Below the pieces are notes generated by a model. That model had not been told where the DNA came from. It made no database searches and saw only the letters and a program-made list of their open reading frames with translations. Below are positions 38,801 to 53,500 of a stretch of 64,000 bases of DNA, piece after piece. Origin of the DNA: Eledone cirrhosa (lineage: Eukaryota); the NCBI GenBank assembly GCA_964016885.1, contig OZ024744.1, positions 5,580,001-5,644,000 on the forward strand, written 5' to 3'. The first letter of the stretch is position 1; each line of letters begins with the position of its first letter. Both the position numbers and the translations under genes were made by a program.

Positions 38801-41800
38801 GAAACGAGACAGAGAGAGAGAGAAATGAAATGAGAGAGAGAGAGAGAGAAATGAAACGAGAGAGAGAGAGAAATGAAACGAGAGAGAGCACTTCTCTCTC
38901 CACCCTCACCTTCCTATCCAAGTGAAATTTGAAAAAGTTGATGAGGGATTGGCCGAAGAGAAAAGTGTCTGTCTTCAGTCCTTTCAACCTCGTCCACCAT
39001 ACAACCTCTTTCGCTACTGCCACCAGACAGAGGAAAATTGCCTGCCCTTCCTGGCCAAAAGAAGGCGGCGGGTCGATCTTCACTATGGACTCGGCCGATG
39101 GCCGGATCTATTCTACACGCGACAACAGCTGTTCAACATAACTCCACAAGTCAGTAATGCACGGACACTGGACGAGTGCGTGTAGAGCGGTTTCGTCGTT
39201 CTGTGTGCATCTCGGGCAGGTCCGTCTGACAGCACTTCCGTGCCTGTAGAGTTTATCTCGAACCGGCAGTGCCTCCCGGTAGCACTGCCAAGCGAGGGAT
39301 TTGTGGAAATTATCCATCGTCTGAGGCTCGAAAGTCCTCCGGAACAGACTGGTTAGTTCGACTTCGTGGACTCCCAGAGCGTCTCCGAGTGCGTCGTCAC
39401 ACTTGCCCACCACTAATCCTCTATAGAACTCGAGAGTGGAAAATTCCACTGACCGTATTGCCCGCCTGGTAGAGGGCAGTGAGTGCCTGGCAACATTCTA
39501 GATGCCGGTCACCCAGTCTTGGTCTCTTCTTGACCCAGGACTGCAACTCAGTCAAAGAAATGAACTTCGGAAAGGCCCGTCTAACAAACGGCGACAACAC
39601 CTGTTCACCGTTTAGGTAGAATATCTTGAGATGCCGCAGCCTCAGCTCGTATCTGCGCATCATTAGCCACGGCATGCCCAGCCCTCCACGTAGAGGGTGC
39701 TGGCAGCAGATGGACCGCTTCACCAGCGGAACCTGACGCCTCCACAAGAATTTGAAGAGGAGCCGCTCCAAGATGGCAGGGGACGACAGTCAGACGGTAG
39801 TAGATGGCGAACGCGATGTAGACGTTCGACATCTCCGCCCGACCTTTCAGTGATAGCTTCATCCCAGTCTATTTCTGGGTGAGACTGGCTACCCTGCTCG
39901 TCACCTCGTCCCAATTCTTATCCACTGGAGGTCTGGTCCGAACCAAACCACTAGCAACTTTACCGGTCCGTCCGTCCAGCGCCCCATGACGCTGTTGGAC
40001 GGCATGGACTTGCCTCCCCAGGGGTCGAGTTGCAAGCCCACTGACTTTTCTGGGTTAAGTTTTGCTCCCGTCAACCTTTCATATTCCTCCAATAAGTTGC
40101 CGACCACCTCGATTTCTGAGGTGTCCGACACCATCACGGTGATGTCGTCCGCATAAGCCGACACAGCCTTTCCACGTCCCGGTTCGAGCGGGATGCCCTG
40201 CAACGCTCCAGCTTCCGCAGTAAGTGCTCGAGAGTCAATACGTACAGAAGGGAGGAGAGAGGGCACCCTTGAAGGACCGATCGGGAGACATGAAACGGTT
40301 CCGAGAGGTGGCCATTAATTTTGACCACCGAGTAGGTGCCGCTGTGCATTGCAGCGAACCAGCTTCTGAAGACGGGGCCGAAGCCAGCCGCCTTGAGGAC
40401 AGCCTCCAGGTACCGATGGTCGACCCTATCGAATGCTTTCGATTGATCTAAATTGATCAGAGCCCCACCGAAGCCAGGTTTGCACCCAACCCTCTCTATG
40501 ATGTATCGCATGAGGTGGAGGTTGTCGTGTATGGACCTGGTTGGGATTGCGCAAGTTTGCGCCTCCCCAACCAAATCTCCGGCGTCAAGCTCCAACCTCT
40601 TCGCTAACACCCTGGCCAAAATCTTAAACTCTGTGTTGAGCAGAGTTATGGGCCTGAAATTGTCTAATGTGTCCCTCTTGTTCTCATCTTTCCTTAACAG
40701 CGTCACTACGCCCCGGCTCACAGAACTGGGAATACTCCCGTTTTGCTGCCAGTTGCAGTAGAGGGCTTCGAGGAGATTGGAGAACAAGTCTGGCATATTT
40801 ACGTAAAGCTCGTAGGGGAGACCATTCAAACCGGGTGACTTGCGCCTAATGCAACCGACAAGGGCATTCTGAATCTCGGCTGAAGTAATTGGCCTTTCGC
40901 AGCGCCCAGCGTCAGCCGTCGAGAGTTACGGCAAGCCATCGAGGTAGGGACTGAAGTCCGCCACCATCTCTGACCCACCACTTACCCCGAACAACCGAGC
41001 AAAATGTTGGCGAAAGGCCTCACACATCCTCTTGGAATCGCTCAGCTCGAGTCCGTCTCGGTCCGTCAAAGACCGAATCGTGGTTTTATTACCAAGCTGC
41101 ACCTCTGCCAGGCGGGCCCATCGAGCAGCTTTGGTTCCCTCGTTTCTCAGAGCACGCGCCTTAGCTCTGACAATGCAACCTTCATGTTTCGTATTGAAGA
41201 AATGGTCTAATGCCATTCTCGCCGCTAGCACATCAGTTGCAATGCCACTACCAATAGCCTCGTCTAACTTATCTACCAACTCCCCCTCCTTTCTATTTTT
41301 CTCTAACGCTACTTCTTTGCTAAACTCTATCGACATTACTCTAATCTCTCTTTTGAGAGCCCCCCACCATCTATTGTTGACGACTCCCCCTGTCAACTTT
41401 TTCTTAACTAAATTGTTGACCTGGTCCCTGTAAGCCTTACGTGCTGGAAATGACATATTTAGCTTCCAGTAACCAGGTCCTAACCTACGCGTCTTATCTA
41501 GGTCGACCATACAGATCACAAACTTGTGATCTGAATAGGCGACCGTTTTAAAACGTGGACAGCTTACACTATTTCTGTCTATTTTCCTAATGAATATCCT
41601 GTCTATATACGATCTAGATGACCCTATGCGGTTAGCCCAGGTCCATACTGGCGCATTAGGGAAATCTAGTCGGTACCTGTCAGACAGTTGAACTGGCAGA
41701 TCAGGTTCTTGAGGCTTTTGCACCCCTCGCTCCTATCGGATACTCCCACACAGTCCCAGCGTTCGTCTAAGATGCCGTTCCAGTCCCCCGCTAACAGTAA

Positions 41801-44570
41801 AGGGCGAGACGTACCCAGAAATGCTTCCAGGCGTCTAAAGAAGTCCGGCCTTCCTGCCCCAGTAGGGGCGTAGAAAGCCACCAGTCTAAAGGCACCACCT
41901 TCGCTAGGGGAGATTTGGTTATTTCGCAAATTACACAAATTATTTGATATAACTCGTTGTGTTTTCTCTGCGAGTACCGAGAGGAATACAACAGTTCACG
42001 TCCAGGACCACCAACTTCCTGTCCGGGTCCCGGAAGATCGACCTTACCTCGAGATCCAGGCCTTTCCTAAACAACACTGCCACCCCGCCTCCCATTCCCG
42101 GCCGGCTAACAGATGCAAAGATCTGATAGTCGTCGAAAATGGGGGCTAGTGCGCGCGTGTCGGAAATCCTGGTCTCGCTGACGGCAATTACATCCATTTC
42201 TATAGACCTGAGGTCGTTGTGCAGGTGACCCTGCTTCCAGGACGATCCCAGGCCTCGAACATTTAAACTTCCTGCTCTTAATACGGCCATGATGGCAGGT
42301 TAAAAGAGAGAGAGATGAAAGGTTTACTTACCTTCCGGGCTCTTGTGAAGGTCGGGTGGTTCCACCTCCATAGTTTGTGGGGTTTCTTTTGGGACCTCCT
42401 TTAACAGTCTTGAAGTTGGTTTTACGTTCGGGGTTCCCACGTCTCGAGGAAAGCTGTTTCGTATTTCTTTGAATATGTCGAGCGACATTCGCACCAGAAC
42501 CAAATCTTCCAGCACGCGAAATGTGCTTGATTTAAAAATGTCCCCCTCTTTTTGTATATTTTCACTTCGTGCTACGAGGGCCATCAGTTCCTTGTTGGCC
42601 CTCTTGACGATCACAAAGTTTTGTATGTTTTGTTGGTGTGATTTTATTTGTTTACGTGGCTGTGGTGGTGATGGTTTTGGTGGTGTTGTTTCGGTTGTGT
42701 CTGTGTTTGTTGTGAGTGCGGTGTCTGTGGTTTCAGATGTTTGTGTGTATATTTATCTTGCGTCTGTTTCGGTTGTTTGCGTTTGGCGGATTCTGGTGAT
42801 GGTGATGGTGGTGTTGATGTTGGTGTTATTGGAGAGATGTTTGCGTGGGTGGTGTCTGCATTTTCTATTGGGGGTGATTTTGTCCTTTGTTGAGTTTTTT
42901 CTTCTTTTTGTGTTTCCTTTTTTGTATTTTGGGGGATTTTGGTTTTCCCTCATCTTCACTACTGGTAGATGAGGGGTCTGTGTCTGTAAGTGTGTCTGTA
43001 TGTATGTTTAAGGTTGTATTGGTGTGTGTAATTTGTTTGGGGGGAGGAGGAATTTGACAACTTTCCTCGTTTCCCCCCTGGGTAGTCAATGTTGGTGGTG
43101 GTATTTCTATTAGTGTTGTTGTTGGTGGTTTTGCCGGTGCTGGTGATGGTTGTGGTCCTCGTCCCGGCGTCGGCAGCAGTGGAGCCCTTCGACCCCTTGC
43201 ATCTTTCAGCAGTTGAGGGCAGAAGGCTCGCAAATGGGTTTTTTCCCCACAAACAAAACAATGCGGCCTTTTGCCCTCGGTCATAATGTGAATGACCGTC
43301 CCATTCTGAAGGCGGATGTTGTCTGGGATTGTCCTCACATTCTCGGGCCTGATCTGGAGAAGGATCTCCAGGTCAACCCCGGACCAGTCCTCTCTGGCCG
43401 TTCTGGTCACTTCTATAGGGACTTATCTGACCCTCCACAATCACACATCCTAGAAGCCACCACATGTCAAGTGCTGGTGGGATTCTGGGAATGCGGAGAC
43501 GGGCCGTTCTTTTTCCCATGTGGGAGGGGCACATTATGACCTTGCTGGTTTTGCAAGGAGTCATAGCGTGTTTCATAGCGAGGGCTTCTGACTTGAACAA
43601 CACCGAAATGGTGCCGTACTGTCTCCTCCTCTCTATGTACTGGGTGTCTTCTCTGATGCACCTCAGCGCGACTTCGACATCTGCTTGTGGAATTAAAGCT
43701 GCCCTTTTGGTTTGTACTGAGATGCATCTATAATGCACCGTTTTGCGCTCCACTGCCTCAATAGCTTCTACCGGGACAGTTAAGTTGGCCCAAGTTTGCT
43801 CTTGCTTGATGAGCTTCCAGGCCTGGGCCAACTTTTCATCTTTGTTTGAGAGGTTCATGTTAAAGCATGGCCTCTTTTTTGTTGCTGCCGCAGCAAAAGT
43901 GATGTTCTTGTCGTTGATCTTGTTGGTGTTGGAGGTGTTGTTGTTGTTGTTGTCGTTGTTCTTGTTGGTGTTGGAGGTGTTGTTGTTGTTGTCGTTGTTC
44001 TTGTTGGTGTTGTTGTTATCACTGTCGCTGTTATCATTGTTGTCTTTGTTGCTGCCGTTGTTCTCGGTGCAGTTGGTATTGTTGATGTTGATGTTGTCGC
44101 TATTTGTTTTCATGTTAGTGGTGTTGATATTGTTGTTGTATTTGTTTTGTTTTTTTTTGTTATCTGTATTTTCGTTGTCACTGTTTAGGTCATTTTTTTT
44201 CAAATTAGAGTTCTCAGTGTTGTTATCATTGCTGTCTTTGTTTACCTTGTTTGTGGTGGTGTTTGTGTTATCAATTTGTGTTAATTTCGCCGTAGCGCTC
44301 CTCTCAACTTCTACGTCGTTGTCGCACGACAGCAGACATATCGCTGGGGAGCGTGGATCAACCATGTTTTTTTTTTTTTCGATAATTTTTTTAAATGTAA
44401 AAGCGTTCAAATATTTGGGCCAAAAGGCCCAAATATTATTATTTCCCCTTCGCAGGGCAAAGTCCAAGGGCTTATATCCATCACACAACAACGAAGAATT
44501 CAATAAATAAGTGTTGACAGGTAAATAAATAAACTTACGAGACCGAGTAAAAAGACGTCCGTTCAGACTC
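38318..44570 (-). mobile_element. Full-length but decayed Tx1-clade (L1 group) retrotransposon #1 between AAT repeats
   Basis: ORF1 from ATG 44365 with Asn-rich N-terminus and CFVCGEKTHLRAFC knuckle; ORF2 from 42290 with APE (SET, GDWN, SDH, GYWKLN), RT (FRPITLLN, DQSKAFDRVDH, YADD), CPRC..H..C; 3' end AATAAAtGAAATC-(ATT)n. Confidence 0.9.
38619..38889. repeat. AAATGAAAC(GA)n minisatellite inside the Tx1 #1 ORF2 C-terminus
   Basis: ~9 variable units interrupting VEREVLS...FAERWV. Confidence 0.85.

Positions 44571-44630
<60 letters not shown>
44571..44630. repeat. (AAT)20 microsatellite between Tx1 #1 5' end and Tx1 #2 3' end
   Basis: Visible directly. Confidence 0.95.
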
Positions 44631-44632
<2 letters not shown>

Positions 44633-44874
44633 TTTCTTTATTAACCACAAGGGTTTACATAAAGTAGACATTAAGGACAGTGCAGGACAATGCAGGACGG
44701 TACAAATGGGCATTTCTGCGTGTAAAAAAAACAGAGGATGTAAAAAAATATCAAAGAAAAATTCCCCAATAGGGGGGAGACTTCCGAGGGACATTTGTGG
44801 AGAAAGCCCATTAAAAGACCACAGTGGCCCTGATCACCAGGGCAAGTGCCCTCTCCCAGTTTTCCACCTTTAAT

Positions 44875-47800
44875 TTACAGACACATACTCAGAGTAGGCA
44901 CATTCACTCGGGCCATTCTTGCCTCTCTCACCCATCTTTCAACAAAATGCTGGGAAGAGAGCACTTCCCTCTCTACCCTGATTTTCCTTTTCAAATGAAA
45001 TTTGAAAAAGTTAATCAGGGCATCACCGAAGAGGTAAGTGCTCGTCTTCAGCCCTTTCAAACGTGTCCACCATACTATCTCTTTCGCCATGGCTACCAGA
45101 CAGATAAAAACTGCCTGCCCTTCCCGGCTAAAGGAAGGGGGCGGGGCAATCCTCACGATGGACTCACCTGATAGCCGGATCCATCCTACACGCGACAGCA
45201 GGTGTTCGACATAAACCCACAAGACAGCAATGATCGGACACTGGACGAGTGCGTGCAGGACGGTTTCGTCGTCCTGCGCACATCTCGGACATGCCCGGTT
45301 GAAGGCACCTCCATGCCTGTAGAGTTTATCCCGAACTGGCAAAGCTCCTCGGTAGCACTGCCAGGCCAGAGATTTCTGGAAGTAGTCCATAGGCCCCGGC
45401 CCGAAAGTCCGTCCGAAGAGATTGGCTAGTTGATTTTCGTCGACGCCTAGAGTTTCTCCAAGTACGTCGACGCTCTTCCCCTCCACTAATCCTCTATAGA
45501 ACGCCGAGGTGGAGTTTCCACCGATCACATTGCCCGATTGGTCGAGGGCTGTGAGCGCCTGAAGACATTCCAGTCTCCAAGCGCTCCCTCTCGGTCTTCG
45601 CTTGATCCAGGACTACAGCTCCACCAAGGAGACGAGCTGGGGAAAGACGTGTCTAGCAAACGGCGACGACACCTGATCACCGTCGAGGAAGAGGTGGAGA
45701 TGTCGCAGCCTGAGCGCGTGTCTGGGCATCATCAGCCACGGCATGCCCAGCCCTCCGCGTAGCGGGTGTTGACAGCAGATGGACCGCCTAACCATCGGAG
45801 CGCGTCCCTTCCACAAAAAGCGAAAGAGCAAACGCTCCAGCGCAGTCAGGCGGGGCTTAGGACAAGGTACGACGGTCAGGCGGTAGTAGATGACGGACGC
45901 GATGTACGCGTTATCCACCTCCGCTCGACCTTTCAGGGATAACTTCCTCTCGGCCCATTTCTGGGTGAGAGAAGCCACCCTGCTCGTCACCTCGTCCCAG
46001 TTTTTGTCCGTCTGGAGGTCCGGACCGAACCAGACACCTAGCAATTTAACCGGTCCGTCCGTCCAGCGCCCGACGACGCTGTTGGACGGCATGGACGTGC
46101 CTCTCCAGGTGCCGCGCTGCAGGCCCACTGACTTTTCCTGGTTGATCATTGCTCCTGTCACCGCTTCGTATTCTCTTAGTGTAGTGCCGATCGCCTCGAT
46201 GCATTTGGCGTTCGACACCACTACGGTTACATCGTCCGCATATGCTGATACGGATCTTCCGCATCCTAGTTCGCGCGGAACCCCCTCAACGTCTCCAGTT
46301 TGTGCAGTAATGGCTCGAGAGTCAATACGTACAAGAGGGACGAGAGGGGACATCCTTGGCGGACCGAGCACATGATGTTGAACGGTTCCGAAAGGTGACC
46401 GTTCACTCTCACCACAGAGCAGATGTCACTGTGCATGGCAGCGATCCAGCCTCTGAAGACGGGCCCAAAGCCAGCCGCCCTCAGGACTGCTGCTAGGTAA
46501 CGATGGTCGACCCTATCGAAAGCTTTCGACTGATCTAAATTTATCAAAGACCCACCCGTGCCAGGTTTCATAGCTACCCTCTCTACGATGTATCGCATGA
46601 GGTGGAGGTTGTCGTGGATGGATCTGTCGGGAATGGCGCATGTCTGCGCCTCTCCCACCAGACCACCAACGACAAGCGCCAACCTCTTTGCTAGCACCGT
46701 GGCCAAAATCTTGAACTCTGTGTTTAGCAGAGTTATGGGCCTAAAATTATCAATGTTATCCCCCTTGTTCGGATCCTTTCTCAGCAGCGCCACCGCTCCT
46801 CGGCTCACAGAGCTGGGAATTTTCCCGTTCTGTTGCCAGTTGCAGTAGACGTCCGCGAAGAGGCCTCCGAACAAGTCTGGCATTTGTACGTAAATTTCAT
46901 AGGGCAGACCATCCAAACCAGGCGATTTACCCCTTGTGCAGCCAGTCATTGCCTCCCTTACTTCAGCGGCTGTTATCGGCTTTTCGCAACACTCCGCCTC
47001 AGTGGCCGAGAGCCGCGGCAGCCCGTCGAGGTAGACAGTAAAGTCCATCTCTCGATCCGGCCCGCCGCTGCCCCCGAACAGTTGAGCGAAGTGTCGCTGA
47101 AAAGCTTCACACATTTGCCCGGGATCGAGTAGCATGCGCCCGTCGTGGTTCACCAAAGACCGAATCGTGACTTTGTTGCCACGACGCTCCTCCGTCACTC
47201 GGGACCATTGAACGGCTTTCGTCCCCTCGTGTCTGAGAGCACGCACCCTAGCTCTGACAACGCAGCCTTCGTCGTTTGCATTGAAGAATTGGTCAAGGGC
47301 CAATTTCGCCGCAAGTACGTCGATCGCGATGCCTTTGCAAAGCCCCTCGTCTAATTTTCTAACTAATTCTCCCTCTGCTCTATTTTTCTCTATTGCTAAA
47401 GCCTTACTAAACCTAATGGACTCTATTCTAATTGCTCTTTTCAGAGCAAACCACCACTTGTTGTTGACGATGTCCCCCGTCAACGCCCGCTTAACTAGTT
47501 CGTTAATCCGGTCTCTGTAGGCCTTGCGCGCTGGTAAGGACGCGTTTAGCTTCCAGTAGCCGAGTCCTCGTCTATGAAGCCTATCTAAGTCAAGCACACA
47601 GATCACGAATTTGTGGTCCGTGTAGCTGACTATCTTGAATTGTGGACAGCCTATGCTAGACCTATCTATTTCCCTACAAAATACTCTATCTAGATCTGAT
47701 CTGGATGACCCTATGCGATTTGTCCAAGTCCACATCGGTACATTCGGGAAATCCAATCGGTACCTGTCAGATAGTTCAAAACGCCTGAGCAGGTTGGTGA

Positions 47801-48293
47801 GACTCTTGCAGCCTCCTCTCCTATCCACTAATCCCACACAGTCCCAGCGTGCATCTAAGATCCCGTTCCAGTCGCCCACTAACACTAAAGAGTGGGACGT
47901 TCCAAGAAAGGTCTCCAGACGCCGGAAGAAATCAGGCCGCCCTGCTCCTGTCAGGGCATAGACGGCCACTAACCTGAAAGCTTGCCCGTCTCCGCTGGTC
48001 ACGTCCAGCACCACCAACTTACCTTCTGGGTCCAGGAAGATGGCCCGTATGGCAAGATCCAAACCTCTCCGAAAAAGCACAGCAACTCCTCCCCCCGATA
48101 CCGGACGGCTGGGAGATGCGTACACATCGTAGCCGCCGAAGATCGGTGCGAAAGCCTGTGCTTCGGAGATTCTGGTCTCGCTGATGGCCACTACATCTAT
48201 GTTTAGTGACCTGAGGTCGTTGAGCAGGTGGCCCTGCTTCCATGACGACCCCAAGCCACGCGCATTTATGCTGCCTATTCTGAGTGAGGTCAT
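44875..48293 (-). pseudogene. Tx1 #2 ORF2 (APE + RT + C-terminal zinc finger); frameshift near 46290, stop at 45613
   Basis: ORFs 46266..48293, 45613..46371, 44875..45528; IGSINARGL, VGDWN, KSPGLDGLPYE, VRQGCPLS, AYADD, CPRC. Confidence 0.88.
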
Positions 48294-48327
48294 GTTGTAA
48301 AGGAGTGGAAAAGATGGGAAAGACCAC

Positions 48328-50262
48328 TTACCTTACTTCTCGTAGGGGAAGGACGGCTTTTCCATCCTTTTCACTGCTTGTGGCCTCCTCAGGAAGGATG
48401 TCCTTATAAATCCTCCTGGAGAGTGCTTGTCGGAAGTCTCCGATGTCTTTGGGGAATTTTTGTTTTAGTGTCATGTACGTTTTCTGTGTGATGCGAGTGA
48501 TTTGTATGTGTGGAGGTGGTGTGAATTTCGGGGTTGTTGTGTAGTCTTTTTCTGTGATGCTGGTGTTGTGTTGGATGTAGTGTAATAATTGGTTGTTGTT
48601 CAAATTTAATGCTGTGTAGTGTGTATCGTTTTGGTTGCTTTGTTTTGTTTGCGTTTGTTGTGGGCTTGTTTCTGTTTCGCATTTTGGTGACTTTTGTGGT
48701 GTAGGTGATGGTGGTGTTGGGGTTAATGATGGTGATGGTGTTGGTGTTTGGGGTGATGGGGTTGGTGATGCTGGTGTGGATGGTGGCATATCTGTCCTAA
48801 ATTTTTTGTTTGTTAATTTATTTGTTTCCCTCTGTATTTTGTTTTTGGAGGGGGAAGGAAGAGAATCTTTTCTTTTCTGGTTTCTTTTTTTCTTTTTTCC
48901 TGATACCGTTTCCCACTCCTCGTCGTCACAATCTGTCTCCAGTTGTGATAGGCCGGGGAGTGAAAAATCCTCCACAGGCGTTAGTTTTGGTTGTGGCGTG
49001 GTGGATGGTGTAGGCGCTGGTGCTATTTCTGAAGCGTTGGGTGGTGGTGGTGGTGTTGGTTTTGCTGGTGGTGGTGGTGTTGGTTTTGCTACTGTTGCTG
49101 GGGTTGTTGATGTTATAGTTGCTTCTGTTGTTGCTGCTACAGTTGTTGCTGCCATCTCTGCTACTGGTGGTGTTGATGGTTGAGTCACTGGTGTGGGTAG
49201 GGGAGGTGGCCTCAACCGTTTAGCCTGAGGGCAGAAAGCCCTTAGGTGGGTTCCTTCACCACAAACGACACACCTAGGCCTTCTGCCCTCGACAATTACG
49301 GTGAGGTGGCTGCCGTCAGTGAGGTCTATTACCTTTGGGATCTCCTCAATGCTTTTTTGGTCCGCTTGGATCAGGAGCTCCATCCCAGATCCGGACCAGT
49401 TCTCCTGCCTTTCTTTTGCTATTGCTATTATATTTGTGTTGGCTTCGATGCCGGCGAGGACGGCCGCTATTAGCCAGGGAATTTCGATGGCCGGTGGAAC
49501 GTGGGTCACCCTGATCTTTACGAGTCTCTGGCCACAATAGCTTGGGACGAGTGTGAAGTCGTCACTTCTTAATGGGGCCATGGAGTGTTCTCTAGCCTCC
49601 TCTGGTGTTTCAAAGAACACGTCCACGGTTCCATACTTCTGCCCATGTCTGATGTGGGTTTTTCTTGCCCACACATGTCCCAAAGCTTTTTGGATTTGGG
49701 ACTCGGATGCCCGTTCCACTCGGCGCGATTTTACATTAATTGTTCGATACGACACGGTGCATAGGCGCCGATGCTCCATTTTATTAGGTGGGGGGGGGGC
49801 TGACCCTGTACCCATCTAAAGTTACCTGGATCGCTTCGCACGTTTTTGCTACTCTGGCAAAACTCAGGGTAGTTTTCTTAATTTCATTGTTGCTGTTGTT
49901 GTTATCGTTATTTTTGCTATTGTTAATTTTAGTTTCAGTTGTGGTGGTGGTGGCGTCAGTGGTGTTCGGTGTGGAAGAGTTCATTTTAGTTGAATTCATT
50001 TAGATATCACGAGTTAATTTATTTTTTTCTTTTGTTTCTGTTGTCGCTGTGGTGTAGTGGTGTGGTGGTTGTTGCGGTGGTGGTGGTAGCGGCTTTAACA
50101 CCTGCAGTCATTGGTAATGGCGGGAAATTAATGTCTGCCTGAGACATTTAAAATATTGGTACTGCTTACATTTACAGTGTTGGCAAACGTAGCAATATTT
50201 ACAATGGTGGTGTCGGTGTGAGGTGTTAGTTTGTGAGGAAGGAGTGACTCTGAGTCGTCCAT
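48328..50262 (-). pseudogene. Tx1 #2 ORF1 (zinc knuckle, Pro/Thr-rich), N-terminus frameshifted
   Basis: 495 aa ORF 48328..49815, upstream piece 49784..49999, and an ATG at 50262 after an A-rich tract. Confidence 0.75.
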
Positions 50263-50477
50263 GATTTTTCAAAGAAAAATTTTTGTTTGATAATTATAAA
50301 AAGTTTAAATTTGGGGCTCAAGGCCCCAATATTTTTGAGTGTCCTTTTCAGAAATCAATGTATGTGCACTTATATACAGTTAACAATAAAACGTTTCCAT
50401 AAATGGCAATTTTAAACAACTGAAAATAACAAACCTTTGCGGAGCTCACGATGATACGATTTACTACGTAGGTCGCC

Positions 50478-50513
<36 letters not shown>

Positions 50514-50530
50514 TAATAATAATAATAATA

Positions 50531-53500
50531 GTGGCGGTATCACTAGACAAGGGAGAGGCTAGCAAAAGATATAAATAGATTGACTTAGTGACTCGGCCAC
50601 CGGCCAAACGTCAACGAATATGGCACTGCTGGCTCCCCCTTCCCCACCAACAATAGAAAAAGCCCCAGCACCACCACCGACATAGCAAACAACAATAACA
50701 GGCAACTTCAGCAAAAAGTATATTATATTATTAATAATTTCATTCTTAAGCCACGCAATGCTCACATTAAGGAACCACTCATGATAATAACAATTTAAAT
50801 AAACAACAAAAAAGAAAACCCCGTGACCAAGAAATGCCGGGATGGCGGTCGGCGGGGAATAGCCGTGTCTCTAGGGGAGGACGACCCCTCTAGTCTTGGT
50901 TGACACTCGTCCTAGAAGTGGTAACACGAAATGATTACCCCTTGGCGGATAAGGATAAAACGCGACAAAATAAAGTAAATGTCAAATGATAAAATCTCAT
51001 ACAGGATCGGCCGTCACCCGGGTCAAAAAGGGCCGCGTCCCTCAGAGAGGAATCAGACTGGGGTCGAAAAATCAGCTAATGGTTCAAACCTTCCCATCAC
51101 ATCGGAGCTAGAGACCTCCCATAACCCTACTGTTGACCCTCCATGCTCACCAACCAAGAAATCCAAAGAAAAAGAGAGAAAAATGGTCAAGGGAAGATAA
51201 TAAAGAAGTCCTTGAGGCTTTCTACACTGCCATGTACTACCCATCAAATACATCGAATACAGAACAGACATATATCAACTGGAAAAAGAAACATCCCGAA
51301 AACAGAGGCTATAATGACAGTAACAAACTAGCCAATATACGAAGAAATATTGTAAGAAAAAAGTTACTAACTGATATAGAAATTGATCAGATCAAGCTAT
51401 TAGCACAAAGTCAGCGAAGGGAAAATGAAACATGTGTCATTGAAAACGAGGTAAATTGTAACACTTCGAATCCCAGGGTTGGGGCTGAATCATTGACAAT
51501 AGAACAAATTAAAGAAAGGATCGAAAAAGTGGAGGGAGTGCATGCTCAAGATGAAACTCAAAATGAAAACAATGAGATCGTAAATGATAAAGAAATGAAT
51601 GAGAATGAACTTGCCAACTTGAAGGATAAAATTATGATCGAATGGATGAAAATGAAAGAATCTGACATGGGGGAACGAGACACCCTCCCTAAGATCCAGA
51701 ACTCCAAACAGAACCAAAAGATAATACACAAGACTAACATAATTATCAAAAACATTATCATCACAAACAAACTAAACATTACTGATTTAAATCATCTCTA
51801 TTATGCATCGGCTAAAGTCACCACTCACTTATGTGGAGTGAAAATGAAAAAACAAAGGAATTCCCACAAGAAATCTACTTGGCAAGAGAACATCAATCGC
51901 CGAATAAACCTTCTCCGATTTGACATAGAAATTTTAACAAACTATAAAGTAGGTGAACATGTTAAACAAACTAAACTTAGAAAATTGAAAAGAAAGTACA
52001 ATATAAAATCAACAAGTGACATAGACATGCTGATAGAAATAATCAAGCAAAAAGTGTCGGCCAAAGCTGCTCGTATAAGGCGCTTTGAAAGACGATCTAG
52101 ATTCTATAAGGACAATAATATGTTCAAAAACAACCAAAGAAACTTCTACAGAAAAATTGGTAAGTCAACAATAACGGCTAAATCAATACCACCCAAGGAG
52201 GAAGTGCAAGCATTCTGGGAAAAGATTTGGGCCGAAGAAAAAGTTCATAACATACATGCCCCATGGATAGACAGACAAATGAAAGATACAGCTCACCTTC
52301 AGGAACAAACATGGGAAAATATAACAGTTGAACAGTTGCGTTTGGCTCAAAGAAAAACCAGCAAATGGAAATCCCCAGGAAAAGACAAAATACCAAATTT
52401 TTGGATAAATGCCTTCACAGAGTCTCATGAGCTGTTAGCCCAACTTTACAATGAAATAGTTAAGAAGCCAGAAAAGATACCATCATGGCTAGTTAACGGC
52501 ATTACATTCCTGCTTCCGAAGAATGATGAGACAAACAATTCCAAAAATTATAGACCGATAACTTGCTTGACCATAATGTATAAAATTTTAACATCAGTCC
52601 TAACTGAATATACATATATGTCCACCTGATAACAAATGATCTATTTCCCATTGAGCAGAAAGGGTGTAAACGAGGCTCATATGGCTGTAAGGATCAGCTT
52701 TTGGTTAACAAAATGATACTGGAAGATTGTCATAATAGACACAAAAATCTATCAATTGCGTGGATAGATTATAAAAAAGCATTCGATAGTTTGCCACAGT
52801 TGGATTGAAAAATGTTTAGAGATTTTCAAAATATCTCCCGTTGTCAGGAGGTTCCTGTCTTTCAGTATGAAGACATGGAAAACTCCTTTTGAATAGTGAA
52901 ACAAAATCACTGGAAGCTGGAGAAGTTAATATTAATTGTGGAATTTTTCAGGGTGACTCTTTATCACCGCTTTTATTCTGCATCGCACTTATACCATTAA
53001 GTAAAATGCTCAATGAAACAAAACATGGATATAAAGTCTATGACAAAACCATTAATCACTTGTTCTACATGGATGACCTGAAACTATTTGCAAAAAATGA
53101 TGAACAATTGCAAGGGCTATTATCCACTGTGGAGCAGTTCAGTGATGACATTAAAATGGAGTTTGGACTAGATAAATGCGACAAAGCAACGTTCACCAGA
53201 GGAAAGCTGCTGAAAAGTTCAGACATTAATCATGATCGGGGGAATGTGATAAGAGAACTTGATCAAGAGGAAACTTACAGATATCTAGGTGTTTGTGAAG
53301 GAGACGGAATCAATCACTCGACAATGAGGGAAAGGAATGTTACCGCAGAGTAAGAGCAATCTTAAGAACGGAATTGAATGCAAGGAATAGGATCGATGCC
53401 ATAAACAGGCTTGCCATACCAGTAGTAACCTACAGTTACAATGTCATCAACTGGTCAAGCACAGAGATCCGTAGGCTCGATACAAAAATTCGAAAATTCT

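Larger units (their letters stand above)
44631..50477 (-). mobile_element. Full-length Tx1-clade retrotransposon #2 between AAT repeats
   Basis: ORF1 with CVVCGEGTHLRAFC; ORF2 APE-RT-zinc finger; ends AATAAAGAAATC-(ATT)n; (AAT)n at 50478-50530. Confidence 0.92.

Noticed and set aside
43373-44794. 473 aa ORF with poly-Leu as a membrane protein
   Set aside because: Reads from the Tx1 #2 3' UTR through (AAT)20 into Tx1 #1 ORF1; the plausible start is ATG 44365
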